A stretch of 64,000 bases of DNA from Girardia tigrina. Lineage: Eukaryota. The DNA is taken from contig MQRK01196599.1 in NCBI GenBank assembly GCA_001938485.1, positions 1 to 64,000 of the forward strand, written 5' to 3'. The stretch's first letter is position 1. Each line of letters starts with the position of its first letter. The notes under the pieces are model-generated. The model ran no database searches. It was not told the DNA's origin and saw nothing but the letters and a program-made list of their open reading frames with translations. This document shows, piece after piece, positions 10,450-23,464 of the stretch. Position numbers and translations under genes: made by a program.

Positions 10450-11777
10450 TGGCGACACACGACCACGTGACTCCGAATATCAAAGGTCCAGAAACATTCA
10501 ACGGATCTAAGACAAAAATGGAAGCATTTATAAAGAATTTCAACAGATACGCGAAGATAATGGGATTTTCGGAGGAAAGGAAAATCCTTTTAGTCACGCC
10601 ATACATGACTCCGGAGGCAATAATTAAGTATGAAACATCACCATGTGAAACATGCGAAGAAAAGTTAAGAGCAGCGTTCTCCGACAAAAAACCGTACTAG
10701 ATATAATGAAAGAAATGTTAGATTTGAGAATTGGCTCCAGTGATCCCACAATAATATTTAAAAAGGCAGACGAACTAATAGAGAAATTGGTAGAGAAAAG
10801 GTTGGGTAAGAAAGAACTGTCGAATTTAGTATATACTAACTTGATAGATGATGATGATGTACAAAAACAAATAGCAATTCAAGGTATCACGAAACCTGAT
10901 GAGATTGAAGAAATACAAACAAGAATGTTCGAACATGAGAAAAAGAAAAGAAACGCACCAGTGGCAGCGTATAATATAAAAAGAAGAAATGTTAAAGTTA
11001 GGAAAATTACTTGTTGTGAATGACGAAGGACATGAAGAAGGACATGTTAGAAGAGATTGTCCAAATGTGACATGTAATCATTGTAATAAAAAAGGACACA
11101 TAAGAACAAAATGTTACGAAAACCCGAATAGGTTTAAGGAACGCGAGCAATGGAAACGAAATAATGGAAGAAATTGATGGGAAAATGATGGGAAAAATTA
11201 CTCGAATCAAAGATATAGAGACCGGCCGACGTACAAAAATATGAAATATTCAGTAACAGAATTGGACGAATTAGATGATGAATTGTTTGGAAGAGATGAC
11301 TCTTCAAGACGGGGTTATATCGACGAAACCAATAGAAAAGAAGATTCCAAAAGACAGGAATATCCCAGAGGTTACAGAAAATTCAGAGATGATCAGGGAA
11401 ACGAGGATGCACAATTACAGGGAGAGGTGATCAGAGTGCTTCATTAGAAAGTCAATGCAGATGTATGTTTGATTGTAACGTATGCATGTGTGTATGATTG
11501 TATGTTTGATTGTATGTATGAAAATATTCCACTAGAAATGTGTGAATTAGATACTTTGAATAAAGAAAATAATGAAAAATGTGATAGCATGGATTTTGAA
11601 AAAGAAAGAAAGGAAATAAATATTACAACAGATATATTAAAAATAGCAAAGTTTGACATAAATTATAAAACATTGAAAGGACGGCTAAGTGTAGAATTTC
11701 GTAAAAAAGATTAAAATATTCACTACCTTTTAGATACAGGAGCCCGAGTGAATGTCATTAAAACGAATTTAATCAAA
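10353..11777 (+). pseudogene. gag: Gypsy A gag and start of protease (frameshifted, truncated by Gypsy B)
   Basis: PETFNGS..MEAFI..F..YA, two CCHC knuckles (GHVRRDC; CNHCNKKGHIRTKC), protease YLLDTGARVNVI at about 11724-11760. Confidence 0.88.
10450..10468 (+). promoter_or_regulatory. Primer-binding site of Gypsy A (possibly tRNA-Arg type TGGCGACCACG with a small internal duplication)
   Basis: tggcgacacacgaccacg immediately after the LTR end; tRNA identity is an inference. Confidence 0.6.
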
Positions 11778-12004
11778 TGTATTATTAGGGAAAATAAAAA
11801 CACCAAATTGAATTCTAAAAATATATTTAATTATTCAAAATATACACTTGATAATCCAATTGTTTAAACAATTGGTATTTTAATAAATCATATTTATTTA
11901 CATTGGAGAGTTAATTATTTGAATGTTTTGAACCATATGTTATATAAAATAATTATTAAATTAGTTTACATTTAATATTTACAATTATTAATTTATATCT
12001 CACA
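11778..12004 (-). mobile_element. 3' LTR of Gypsy element B (about 227 bp)
   Basis: On minus, PPT aagagagggaga (12005-12016) is followed by TGTGAGATATAA...CCCTAATAATACA; Gypsy A protease homology stops at this boundary. Confidence 0.8.
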
Positions 12005-14629
12005 TCTCCCTCTCTTAAAAGGCTTTAGCCATTCTACATTCCTGATCAACGTTTTACCTGTATTGTCAATAGCTTCATAGCTCCTATCATGTCTCTTTTT
12101 AATTACTATAAATGGGCCTTCGTAACGATTCTCATCCTTATTATTTAGCCCTTCTACTTTCAGTAATACTTCATCTCCGACATTGAATATTCTGTGACAA
12201 GTTTTATTATTATTATATTTAACTTTCTTTTGATTCTTCCATACTATGTTTAAAACTTCATTTCTATTTTCATTTGTTCTTCCAGTATTATTCCATTGAC
12301 GATTAATTTGAAATCCGAATATTACTTCTGCTGGGCTCATTCCAATTGATTTCTGTGTTGTTGCATTAAGAGTAAATTCCACTTCGGGTAAGATTTCAAC
12401 CCATGTTTTAACAGTTTTATCTTGTCTTGTGACATTTATATAATCTCTTATAGTCCTGAATTGCCTCTCAACTAGTCAATTTTTACTATGGTGGTACGGA
12501 CAAGAAAGCTCTAGTTGCATCTTATGACGTTCAGCTCACTCTAGCATCACTTTTGATTGAAAAGTTTTGCTACAATCCATGTGAATTATACGTGGTGCTC
12601 CAAACTTCAAAATCCACTGTCTCAGAAGTATATCGATTGTTGTGTTTTCATCATGTTTTGCAACTGCATTTAATGATATATAGCGACTAAATTGGTCTAT
12701 GATTGCTAGGATATATATTTTTCCTTGAAATGTTTGCCTAAATGAGCCACAAAAATCCATAAATATTGATTCAAATGGAGAATTTGCACTTTGTTTCACA
12801 AATGGTTCATTTGATTTTGTTGTCACAGTCTTGCCTTTTTGACAGGTTTCACATGATTGGATTACTTCCTTGATATAATCATATATTTGTTTCATATCAA
12901 AATTAGTTTTGATATAATCATAAACATTTTTATGTCCAGCGTGGCATAATACTTTGTGTGTGTCAATAATAAATTCACGCCGAGTATCCTTTGAAATCCA
13001 TATTTTTCCGTTTTTAGTGAGAAAAATGTCGTTTTCAAAACGAAATTTATCTGTCATTTGATTTTCAATACAATTACGTGTTTCATTAATCTCTCAATTA
13101 TTTTGCTGCCACTGTTTCCCATTATTCCCAAGTATAAGGAACAATACTTTAGTCTTTAATTTTCCATGTTTCGCATTCTCGTGGTTCATTTTACATTGTA
13201 TACAAGTGTCGCATTTATTTCGTGATCTGCATTAACATGAGAGGTCCCTTTTCTATATTGTAGATTAATGTCTAAACTACTTAAAAAATTAATCCAAGTC
13301 TGAAATTGTGGAGTAATTGGTTTTTTGGTTGTAAGCATAAAGGTTATTGCTTTGTGATCTGTTCTTAAAGTAAATCTTTTCCCGTATAAATAGTGCTTAA
13401 AATGATTTGTGAAGTAATAAATTGCTAATAATTCCTTTCGAGTAATGCAATACCCTAACTCGTGTTTACTCATTTGGATGGATCCGTATGCAATGACCCT
13501 TTCATTGCCTTTATCATCTTTTTGTGAAGACACTGCTCCTATTGCATCGAAACTTGCGTCAGTATCCAGAATAAATTCCTTATAGAAATTTGGATAAGCC
13601 AACACAGGAGCATCCGCCAGAGCTTCTTTCATTCTTTTAAATTTTTAATTCTTCATTCCGTCTTATCTTGAGATTCCTTATCTAATTTAACTTGATAATA
13701 AGCATTTCCTAAGTCGATTGTACTAAAATATCGAGATCCATTTAGTACATCCAACATTTCCTCAATATTCGGCATAGGGAATGTTGGCCTTTCCGTAATT
13801 TGATTCAATTGTCTAAAATCTAAACATAATCGTATATCTTTTTTTCCTTCTTCCAAACGCAAACCATCCGTATATTCCACGGAGAATTGCATTTCCTAAT
13901 TATTCCATGTTTTTCAAGATTTACAATCGCATTATCAATTTTGTCGATTAAATGGATCGGTTATCGCCTTGGTTTAATCGCAATTGGTGCCCCTTTAGTT
14001 AATATTTTATGTTCCAGTAAATTGGTACAAACTATATCCCATTGATGAGCCATAAAGACGTCCTTGTGTTTTTCCAAGACCTTAAATAAATCTGAATTCT
14101 TATTAGCATTAAAGACTTTTATAGCATGATTAAACCTATCTATTGCAGATGTTTTAAAATCAAAATTTACTTCTAAATTATATATTACATTTTCAAAATC
14201 ATGTGTTTTTAGCATTTCATGATTGTCGACTTTCCTTAATTTAATTTTAAATTTATTTAATAAAATTCATTCCTGCAATTATTTTAGGTGATAATTTATC
14301 GGCTACATAAAATTCAATATTTTCCTTTTGATTATCAATTTGCACTAGTAATGTAACTTTTCCGTAAATTTTTAATGAGCTATCATTGGCACAAAAAATT
14401 TTATCATCTGAAACATCTATTTTAATATTTCTATATTAAAATAGATATTAATATTATTTCTATTTATCAATTATACTTTTGTCTAATACACTTATTCGAG
14501 CACCTGTATCGAGTAAAAAATTCATCAACATTTGATTTAATTTAATTTTTAAACTGGGTCGGCCGTTCATTTCATTATATACAATTTTATGTTTAAATTC
14601 AGGATGTGAGATATTATTAATACTTTTAA
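11993..14629 (-). pseudogene. pol: Gypsy B pol (protease, partial RT, RNase H, integrase), decayed; 5' part lost in the gap
   Basis: FLLDTGARIS (about 14495-14523), RLCLDFRQLN, FSTIDLGNAYYQV, LDTDASFDAIGAV, YCITRKELLAI, HxxxxH-C-C integrase finger, IDQFSRY, GPY/F-like YEGPFIV; RT YxDD region deleted near 13640. Confidence 0.92.
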
Positions 14630-16556
14630 NNNNNNNNNNNNNNNNNNNNNNNNNNNNNNNNNNNNNNNNNNNNNNNNNNNNNNNNNNNNNNNNNNNNNNN
14701 NNNNNNNNNNNNNNNNNNNNNNNNNNNNNNNNNNNNNNNNNNNNNNNNNNNNNNNNNNNNNNNNNNNNNNNNNNNNNNNNNNNNNNNNNNNNNNNNNNNN
14801 NNNNNNNNNNNNNNNNNNAGTATTGATATTGATGTGTTTGATTTTTAAAAATATAATTTATTTTATTATTTTCAGAACCGAATGATCACAGATACGAATT
14901 TCGTACGTCTTTAGTACATGTAATCTTGCACGGTGTTTTCAGTGTTACACAACATTCGACAATAAAGAATGAACTAAAATTATTTTTATTATATATTAAT
15001 ATCACTTAATATTTTATATCACTTATTATTTTGCAATCAAATATAACAATGTATTTACTTTGTGAAAATAATAAAAATTTAATTATCAAAATGAAATAAA
15101 AATGAAATAAAACATAATTTGGAAACAGTTAATAAAATTTCAATTTTTACAAAAATTTATATCGTTATTTAAACATTCATATTATTTACTGCTGTAAATA
15201 ATTTTGGAGGACCCTCTCTTCCAATGACCCACTGGAAATTAACTTTGGCTATCCTCGTCAAATATAATTCTCAAACTATAACGAAACAATTGTAAAATTT
15301 GAAATAAATAATTTTTAAAACTATTATTCGATTTTATATTTAATTTATTAGTTTTATATAGAATTTTTGGAAAAGTAATTATTGTTGAAGATAATATTTA
15401 TTTTGTAAATTCCAAATGTCAATAAATATAATTAAGGAAATTCATTTAGCTAAAATAAATTATTTTAATGAAAACATTTTTCCTCTATTTTTTAATACTA
15501 TAAATAAATTTATTTTTATTTTTAAAAATCTTATTGTGAAATAAATTAATTTATAAATTCAATCTTTTATAATTATTGCGTTTGCAAAAAATATGATTTC
15601 TAATTTTTTATTATCAAAGGTTTTGATCTATTAATAAATTAAAATTTCAAAAATAAATATACATATAAAATTATTGGAAAATATCAAAATATTATGTAAT
15701 TGCAATTATTTTTTGATTTCTAATACTACGTGGAAAAATATCCAAAAAAATCTAATCTTTCTACACAGATATATACTCTAAATTCAAAATGATTCTAACA
15801 CCAGATGCTTCAATCAATAATTGAATCATTATTAATATTTAATTATTTAATAAAATGGAATTATAAATACAGAATCGCTCAAATCATTTAAAGTGTTAAA
15901 TTCTTTGCTAATAAAAAATTCAAAATTAAAAGTTATGAATTATTTTTTTCAAACGAAATCTGCTCTGTTTACCTAAAAACAAACTCGTTCTATTTAAGTT
16001 TATAAATTAGTTAAAGTTTTAAATAAGTGAAAAATATACTAAATTTAATAAAAAATTATAAAAATACTCTGAAAATTTTTTAAAAAAAATTTATATGAAA
16101 ATAAATTGATGTTTTTGATACTAAAATCTAAACTTAAGTTTTCTGTATAAAATTTATCATATCCATGTAAAAAAACATTGATTTCTATTTAAAAATGAGT
16201 ATTTTCCATAAAAAAGCGAATAAGGGTTTAATTAAATTATTCGATACGCCGGATGAAAATTATTCTTCGTAATCGAAACAGTTTCGACAGTCTCCCGTTA
16301 AACCACTTGAAGAATAATTCAAACTTATCGAAGATAAAATAATATTTTATTTTTAATTTTTTTGTCTTAATCAAATATTATTAATTTGATCTCTTTGTTC
16401 TTTAAACAAAAAACAAATATTTTAAATTTAATAAATTGTAATGAATTAAAACAAATGATTCAAATTTTGTATTAGATAATTTTGTATTAAATTTTGCATT
16501 AAATGATTCAAAAATGACGATTCAATAACAAAACTATTTAAAAATAAATGTATTAG

Positions 16557-16811
16557 ATAAATTTTAAAACAATAAAAGAGAGAGACAGCGTCTCTAATCT
16601 TATTAAAAAGCTTAATGAATTTTATAGTCATAAAACTATTAGAAAACCACAATCCGAATCATTTAATAGTGAAGCATCTCATTTCACAAGCGAATCATAT
16701 TGTACTAACTTAACTGGATCAACAGTTTCTCAAAATCTATATTCTTCTCTCGTAAACGAAGAGAGAGACAGTGTCTCTAATCTTATTAAAAAGTTTAATA
16801 AAGTTTCATGA
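16557..16811 (+). other. Met-less open frame with internally repeated motif ERDSVSNLIKK(L/F)N
   Basis: Stop-free for 84 codons after tattag; the repeated units starting at 16578 and 16761 are 183 bp (61 codons) apart and in frame. Confidence 0.4.
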
Positions 16812-16859
16812 AGCACATTCATGAAACAAGATCACCAAATACATGAGGAGCATAATAAC

Positions 16860-17399
16860 ACTATAAAGAAAAAATTTCAGCAACATCGTCTTTTATAATA
16901 GTCTATCGAAGAAGCTCGTAAAAAGTTTTTCTACTAACATGTCATCAATGAAAAATGTTTTTCAAATATATTTTGATTTTCAATAGACATTTGTATCTTC
17001 AAAAAAATTTAATCACCGAATATGAATCCGATGGAGCACTTTAGGGATTTTATCAAACAAGAATTAAGAAAAAAACACCCAAATCATTAGTGAATTAACA
17101 GAAAAATATAAATAAATATTGATTTGTATAACACATAATATTTGCAAAAATCTTATTTACAAAATAACCAAAAAGAAGTGGCAAAACTCGTTAAGGAGCT
17201 CTAGTGTCCGTTTTTTGACAATTAAGTAAATTGAAATGAACTTTTTATGCAATATAATTGTCAAGTTAAGTGCTTGCGTAGAAAATATTTAATATTTTTT
17301 TATATATCGATTTTAATAAAGTAAATGTTATTTTATTTTATAAAAGCAAAGAAAGGACAAATTAATCTTTTTCAAAGTGTTCGGTTTTATTGTCGCCTA

Positions 17400-17402
<3 letters not shown>
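16860..17402 (+). mobile_element. Highly decayed Tc1-like fragment
   Basis: SPNMNPMEHF at about 17013-17042 resembles SPDLNPIEHLW; TIR-like end before (TA)n at 17402. Confidence 0.5.
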
Positions 17403-17434
<32 letters not shown>

Positions 17435-20400
17435 ACGCGGTCGCCACTTAACATAACCAAATGGAAAGGAACCAAACGAGCTGAAAGCAGTGCATAATGA
17501 AAATCTCTGGTTTACATGACCAAAACAATAAAAATTTAAACAAAAGTTAAAATATACTAAATTTAGGTAAAATTAACTAAAGGTAAATGAATACATTTTG
17601 AAAATGTAAGAAAAAATTTAAATAACAATATTATTTCTTTTATTTTAAATAGAAACTTGATTTGTTGGAAAAAAAATTAATTAATTATATTTTTTAATGT
17701 ACCAAAGAAACCACATTCCCCAACACTTTCTGATATGATTATCATTTTTCATAAAATGAAGGAAATACGACCAAGTATTACTCAATGTGAACTACCTTCC
17801 AGGCAATACGTTCCTCATACTACTCTCCAGAAATCCAGTATCACTGAAGTTAAACTACGTGAACTTACTGCCACCAATGATTCTATGAATGATCAAAAAA
17901 GGATGTGGAATCACAAACAAAAGTAACTAGAAGTGGAAAGAAAGCATATTCTATGTTTGTAGATAGTGAAGAGCCAAATGATATGTGTAAATGTCTTGTA
18001 GATGTAGTAGGGACTAATCTCATCCATGAGAAGTACATAGTGGCAGAGGTTTCATGACAGATCAAAATTATATTTTTTGTGAAATAATATTGTTCTATAG
18101 TATATTTAACATATTATTATATTTTATATTTTAATATATTATTATTCTTATTGTTGTTATTGTTTTGAATCTTACAGCAAACAAATATCGAAATTGTATT
18201 TGCATAACTAAAAAAAATACTAAATGTAAAAAAAAACAGTTTTTTATTATGCAAAAAGTATAAGGTAAATTGAATTATCTGCCATTTTTCTAAAAGGACT
18301 CTAATTATGTTAGCAAAATAATATTTAAAAATATTTGCCAACCTAAATTCTGATGAGCAATTATTATACATAAATTATATTATATTTTGAATAAAAATAT
18401 ATTTTTCATTTTTTCATGTTTTAATAAATTTATATTTATTTATATTATAAAACTTTTTTACGCATTATTTGAATATTTATAAAAAAATTATTTAAATAAA
18501 TTATAATTATTCAACTCTATAATTGTTTATTTTAATATTTACCGAATTGATCGAAAAATTAATTTTTTATTATGGATATATTGTTTAGATTCATTTGACA
18601 TTGAGTAAACATCAAATGAAATATATTTTAAATTATTTAATGATCAATTCAAAGAGTAATTGATGCGTTTCTCGTTATTTACGTATTGATATAATCAAAT
18701 ATTTAATTTGGGTTAATTATTGTCAAAATTAGTCGAGGGCTTCAAAATTGATATTTATAAAAATTATAATTATTCAATTAATCAAAAAAAATAAAATAAA
18801 TAAAACTGTTTATACAATATGTTCATCTAATATATTCCATTTTATAACATCCATTTCTTTAATTATTTAATATAGGAAGTGAGGCACATGAGCAAATACT
18901 ATTTGACGACAAAAATGCTATTTTTTACAGATTCTCCGAATTACCGCTTTCAGTACCGAGAATTTAAACAAACTTAACTTTAATTACTATTATACACTCC
19001 CAATTTTCTTCGAGACACGTAATGCACATTCCATCTGTACACTTGTGAGATCTGCTCTCTTCCGAAAGCCACAACTTCACGATAAAAAAGTCATTGGAAC
19101 GAGCCGGACGAACGATCACTCGACTCGGTCTCTCTACTCTCATTTCATTGTTCTGAGGCTGATTGCTTTCCAGTTAATCATCTTCTGAATAATCTACCCT
19201 CTGCGGAAATCCACGTTTACTCTCTCCAAATGCCCCAGAATATTCTTCAGCGGTTCCCTTGAATTTTTTGTGACATCTCCAATCTCTTCTTGGTGAGGTA
19301 GTGCAGCTCGTTAACTACATCTCGCATAAACTTCGTAATACAATTTATGTTTGACGGCTTAACAAACAGGGCGTCTTCTGCCCAAAATTCTCCTATGTTT
19401 GCCACACTGCAAGTCCTCGAAAGCCGGTTTGTTAAATCGACCAGGAAAGGCAACCACCACTTTTGCCAGAACACCCTTGATGTTGGAATCACATGGCTCG
19501 AAGTGAAGTTTTTAGTAAAATTTTTTAAAATGATTAATTTCATAATAAATAAGCAAATTAATTTATAATATCTAAATTAAAAATTCGTTTTTTTGCGATG
19601 ACCTTTGATAAAGTCTGTATTATTTATCAAAGAAATAAAAAGAATTTGTAAATAATGTGAACTATTATTTGTAAAATATGTTAATAGTTTTTTTAATGTT
19701 AATAAGGAAAGAAATGTTAATTGTTTTAATGAAATGTTAAAAAGCGGAATCACCGCACAAATTTTTAAATGTAAATTTACAAAAATCAGTTGTTGTCTTG
19801 TTAACTAAATATGTGGAAATAGATCATCTGCAATCCGAGCAGTGCGGAAATTAAGTCAGGGCCTATGTTTTTGGAATGGATATTTGATGAACACGAGTTG
19901 ATTCCACAGGAAGCTATCACAATGATTCATATCTTCAGTTGAAGAAAATCAATGTATGCTACAATGATGTTATTAAAAGAAAGGTCCCAGTGATAAAAGA
20001 AAGGCCTATAAATGAAGGAGAAAGAGAAACGGTTCTCTTAAGGACTATAAAAGATAATTAGACGAGAAACGCGGCACCCATTAGTCCTTAGCTATTTTGT
20101 TACATTTTTTGTTGTGAAAATATTTATTTATGGCTTCTTAAGGAAATATTGGAAGACAAATATTTAGAAATTAAAATCTTATTAATTGTTTAAAAACTCA
20201 AGAAATATGAAAAATATAACTGCAATAATCATTTATTAAATTCAGTATTTATTTAACTCTTTAGTTATTTGATCCATTGTTAGTTTTGCAATAAATACAA
20301 ATACAATTAAATTAAAATTAAATTAATTAAATTTAATTAAAATTAATTAATTAATTAGATTAAAATTAAGTCAAAATTAATTGTTATTTAAAACTATATA

Positions 20401-21025
20401 ATGACTTATTTTAAATTATACAAATACAATTTAAAATGAAAGAAACATTTAAAAATTATATTATGAAAAATTAAAATTCTATCATTATTTTTTTTAAATT
20501 ATAAAAATAATACATACAAAAATAACATAAATTGAAAAAAGAATCATTTTTAAAATTTATAAGACATCTATTGATAAATATTACAAAATTAAATTACATT
20601 TTTATTGATTTTAAAATTTATAAGAATAACTTACGAAAAATAAATTTTGTATGAAAATTATTTTTTCTAAATTAAATAAAACAAACAAAAAAATCTTTAA
20701 AAAGCATTGAACCGATTAAAACTAAAATATTTATTTCACTATTTGAAAACATATTTTTTTAATACATAAACTAACATGAGGATTTTAAAATTTAATCTTA
20801 TAAAAATATAAATACCCAAAAAAATTAAACATCAATTTAAACATCCTTTAATTTGGTGACAGCTTTGCTGTTTGGCTTTTTAACATTTATAAAGCTGTTA
20901 TGGTATCTGTATTTTTATTACCAATGATTATTTCGAAAATTTTTGTAATTTAATACAGACTGACAGTTTTTAATTTTTGCTTAAACATTCGTTCTTTCAA
21001 TAGATCAAACACCTGAAGTCGTTAT

Positions 21026-21487
21026 TATTAACAACATTAATTTGATTTTTCGAACACATAATATGATTATTATCACAAGTCGAATTGTCATTACCACAAT
21101 TATTCAAACTAATTTCGCTATTCGACATTCTTTCTTGATTAATATATTTCTGTCATCAGAGTTTTTTTGAAAACAAATGGGAAGAGTATTATAGTAATAA
21201 TTAATTATCAAAACTCTTAGTAGTTAAAATTAGATTTATATATTTTTTTCCTATTAAAATTAAATATTTAAATTTCATTATAAAAATTAAATATTATATT
21301 TAAAAATTTAAAAATTACATTTGAAAAATATTTTAAATCTTTTTACTTTAAAATTAAATTAAATTATTTTTAATTAGTAGAAATCAAAGAAAATACCAAT
21401 CATCCATCTGGGTAGGAGAGGCACAATCCGAATCAACATACAACATTTACAATATAAAACAACAAACAACTCATAACATTCCTCACA
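21026..21487 (-). mobile_element. Solo LTR of the TG...TA family
   Basis: Minus strand tgtgaggaat...gttgttaata; perfect 5-bp TSD gttat at 21021-21025 and 21488-21492. Confidence 0.9.
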
Positions 21488-22346
21488 GTTATTTTTCAAA
21501 CGATCTTTGTAGAAATTAGTAAAATAAAAAAGATATTTATAAAAATTACAAAATAATGAAATAATGAAAATATATTTCTCTGCATGTATGACCTTAGGTA
21601 AAAATAAATAATCAAATACAATTGTAATAAATTCTTAGTAAAAAAAATTATCATAAAAAATGAAAATAATTGCTTCTTTTTTTGTAGAATTAAATTGACC
21701 AAAAATATATTTTAAATAAACTCTACCTAAATGATCAAAATTGATAATGCTGCATTGTATAACCTATAAAATAACAAGTAATTCTAGATTATCAGTCAGA
21801 ATAATAATTATTTTTCATAATTATTATTGAAAAATAACAATTAAAATATTTCGTTCTGTGTAAACAAAAATTTATACTTTATAAATTCTGAATTTTTAGA
21901 GTATTTATTACCTGAAAATTTTCCCTTTGTAAAATGTTATTATATGATTAATTAGTAAATGTTTACATTTATTTAAGTTATGTTTTTTATTATTGAAATA
22001 ATGTTATATTTGTTATTATTGAATATATTTTTACAAAAATGTAAAAACAAGCAATTTTAATATAAATATGATTAAAAAATTATGTACAAAAATAAAATAA
22101 AAATATTTCTTTTATACTTCCATATTATTTGATGTTGTAAAATCATTTCTTTTTAAACGAAATTAGAATTGATTTATACTTTTGCAACTCTTAAATTGAT
22201 GGTTTAAGAATGTTACTGAGATCCCTTAAAAATATCTTAGAAACATGTAGGTTGGGAACTAATGAAATAACTGATGTTTATGAATATAGTTTATTTAGTA
22301 GTTTATTTAATATAAAAACATTAATTTAAAAGTTTGAAGACATATT

Positions 22347-22850
22347 ACGTTGGTCAAAAAAATATAATGCACCATGGAAAAAATATGTTGTACCAAAATA
22401 TTTTATATACAAATAAAAATATTCATCATCCTATTTATTGGTTGATAAGAGCCGGATACTTAGACTTCAACCTGTTATAAATACGTGTAAGTTGTTAGTA
22501 ATACTGTTCGGAGGTGATCGTGTGACCATTCGGAACCAATTTTCAAACTTAAGGATTTGTCAAGTTTTTAAAATTTATTTACAATTATTTTAATTATGCA
22601 TTGCAGTCTTTCAAGAGAGAATAAAAATTGTTTTCTTCTTTAAGAAGAAAATAATTAAACATCAGTTTTTTTGGAAACGTACATTGAAGATTATTCCATC
22701 TTTAAATCTGTAAAAGAGCTAACTGAAAACATGTTTCAGTGAACTCCTTTAACACATTGACTGCTGTTGACATCATGCTGTTCTTTTAATATCATAGAGA
22801 CTCTTTTGAAAAATATGATCGAACATTGTTGCCTTTTTAGCATTCAATGT
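22347..22850 (-). mobile_element. Heavily decayed mariner fragment
   Basis: Minus translation PNGHTITSEQYY*QL...LKSKYPALINQ resembles mariner TITAEKYCQQL...RPALVNR. Confidence 0.55.
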
Positions 22851-23249
22851 GTTAACGTAAAAAAACAAAGATAAATATGTATAAAACTTTTATTTTTATA
22901 CAATGTAAATAAACATATATAACAAAACAAATCACATACGAGAGAGAGAACGGCACAGATAAATCTCGATTTCGATTTGTGTTTGTTGTTCAAAAGTTTC
23001 AAGGAATGATCTTCTGTTGTAACAATATCGATGGAAACGTCAGAGAATCATTCGTTCGGTTGAACAACGAGATTTTGAGAAAATAGATCTCATGAAGTGG
23101 AGCACTTTCTGGGGGAATATTGATAAATTGGTTTGCAGAAAATTTCTTTACGAACCGCTTTTACAAGAAAACGCCCCGCAGGCAATATAGTATAATTGTA
23201 AACAGTAATATTAATGATTGTTTTTATAGATTTTTTTATATATATAATC

Positions 23250-23299
<50 letters not shown>

Positions 23300-23464
23300 A
23301 TATATAATTTACTATATATAATTTATATATAATAATTGACTGGGTCACTACAATATCCAAGAATAAATTTCATGAGTGTTTGAAGAAGGAAAATGTTCAA
23401 AGAATTCAATAAAGAATATTAAAAAGAGTGCTGGAGAAAGAAGAAAAAGAGAAGCAAATCATCA

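Noticed and set aside
16245-16295. Hammerhead-like cggatga...taatc-gaaac
   Set aside because: Core U is replaced by G and no convincing stem I forms
17700-18090. Possible pogo C-terminal or PHD-finger relic
   Set aside because: The Cys/His pattern needs multiple frameshifts; too weak
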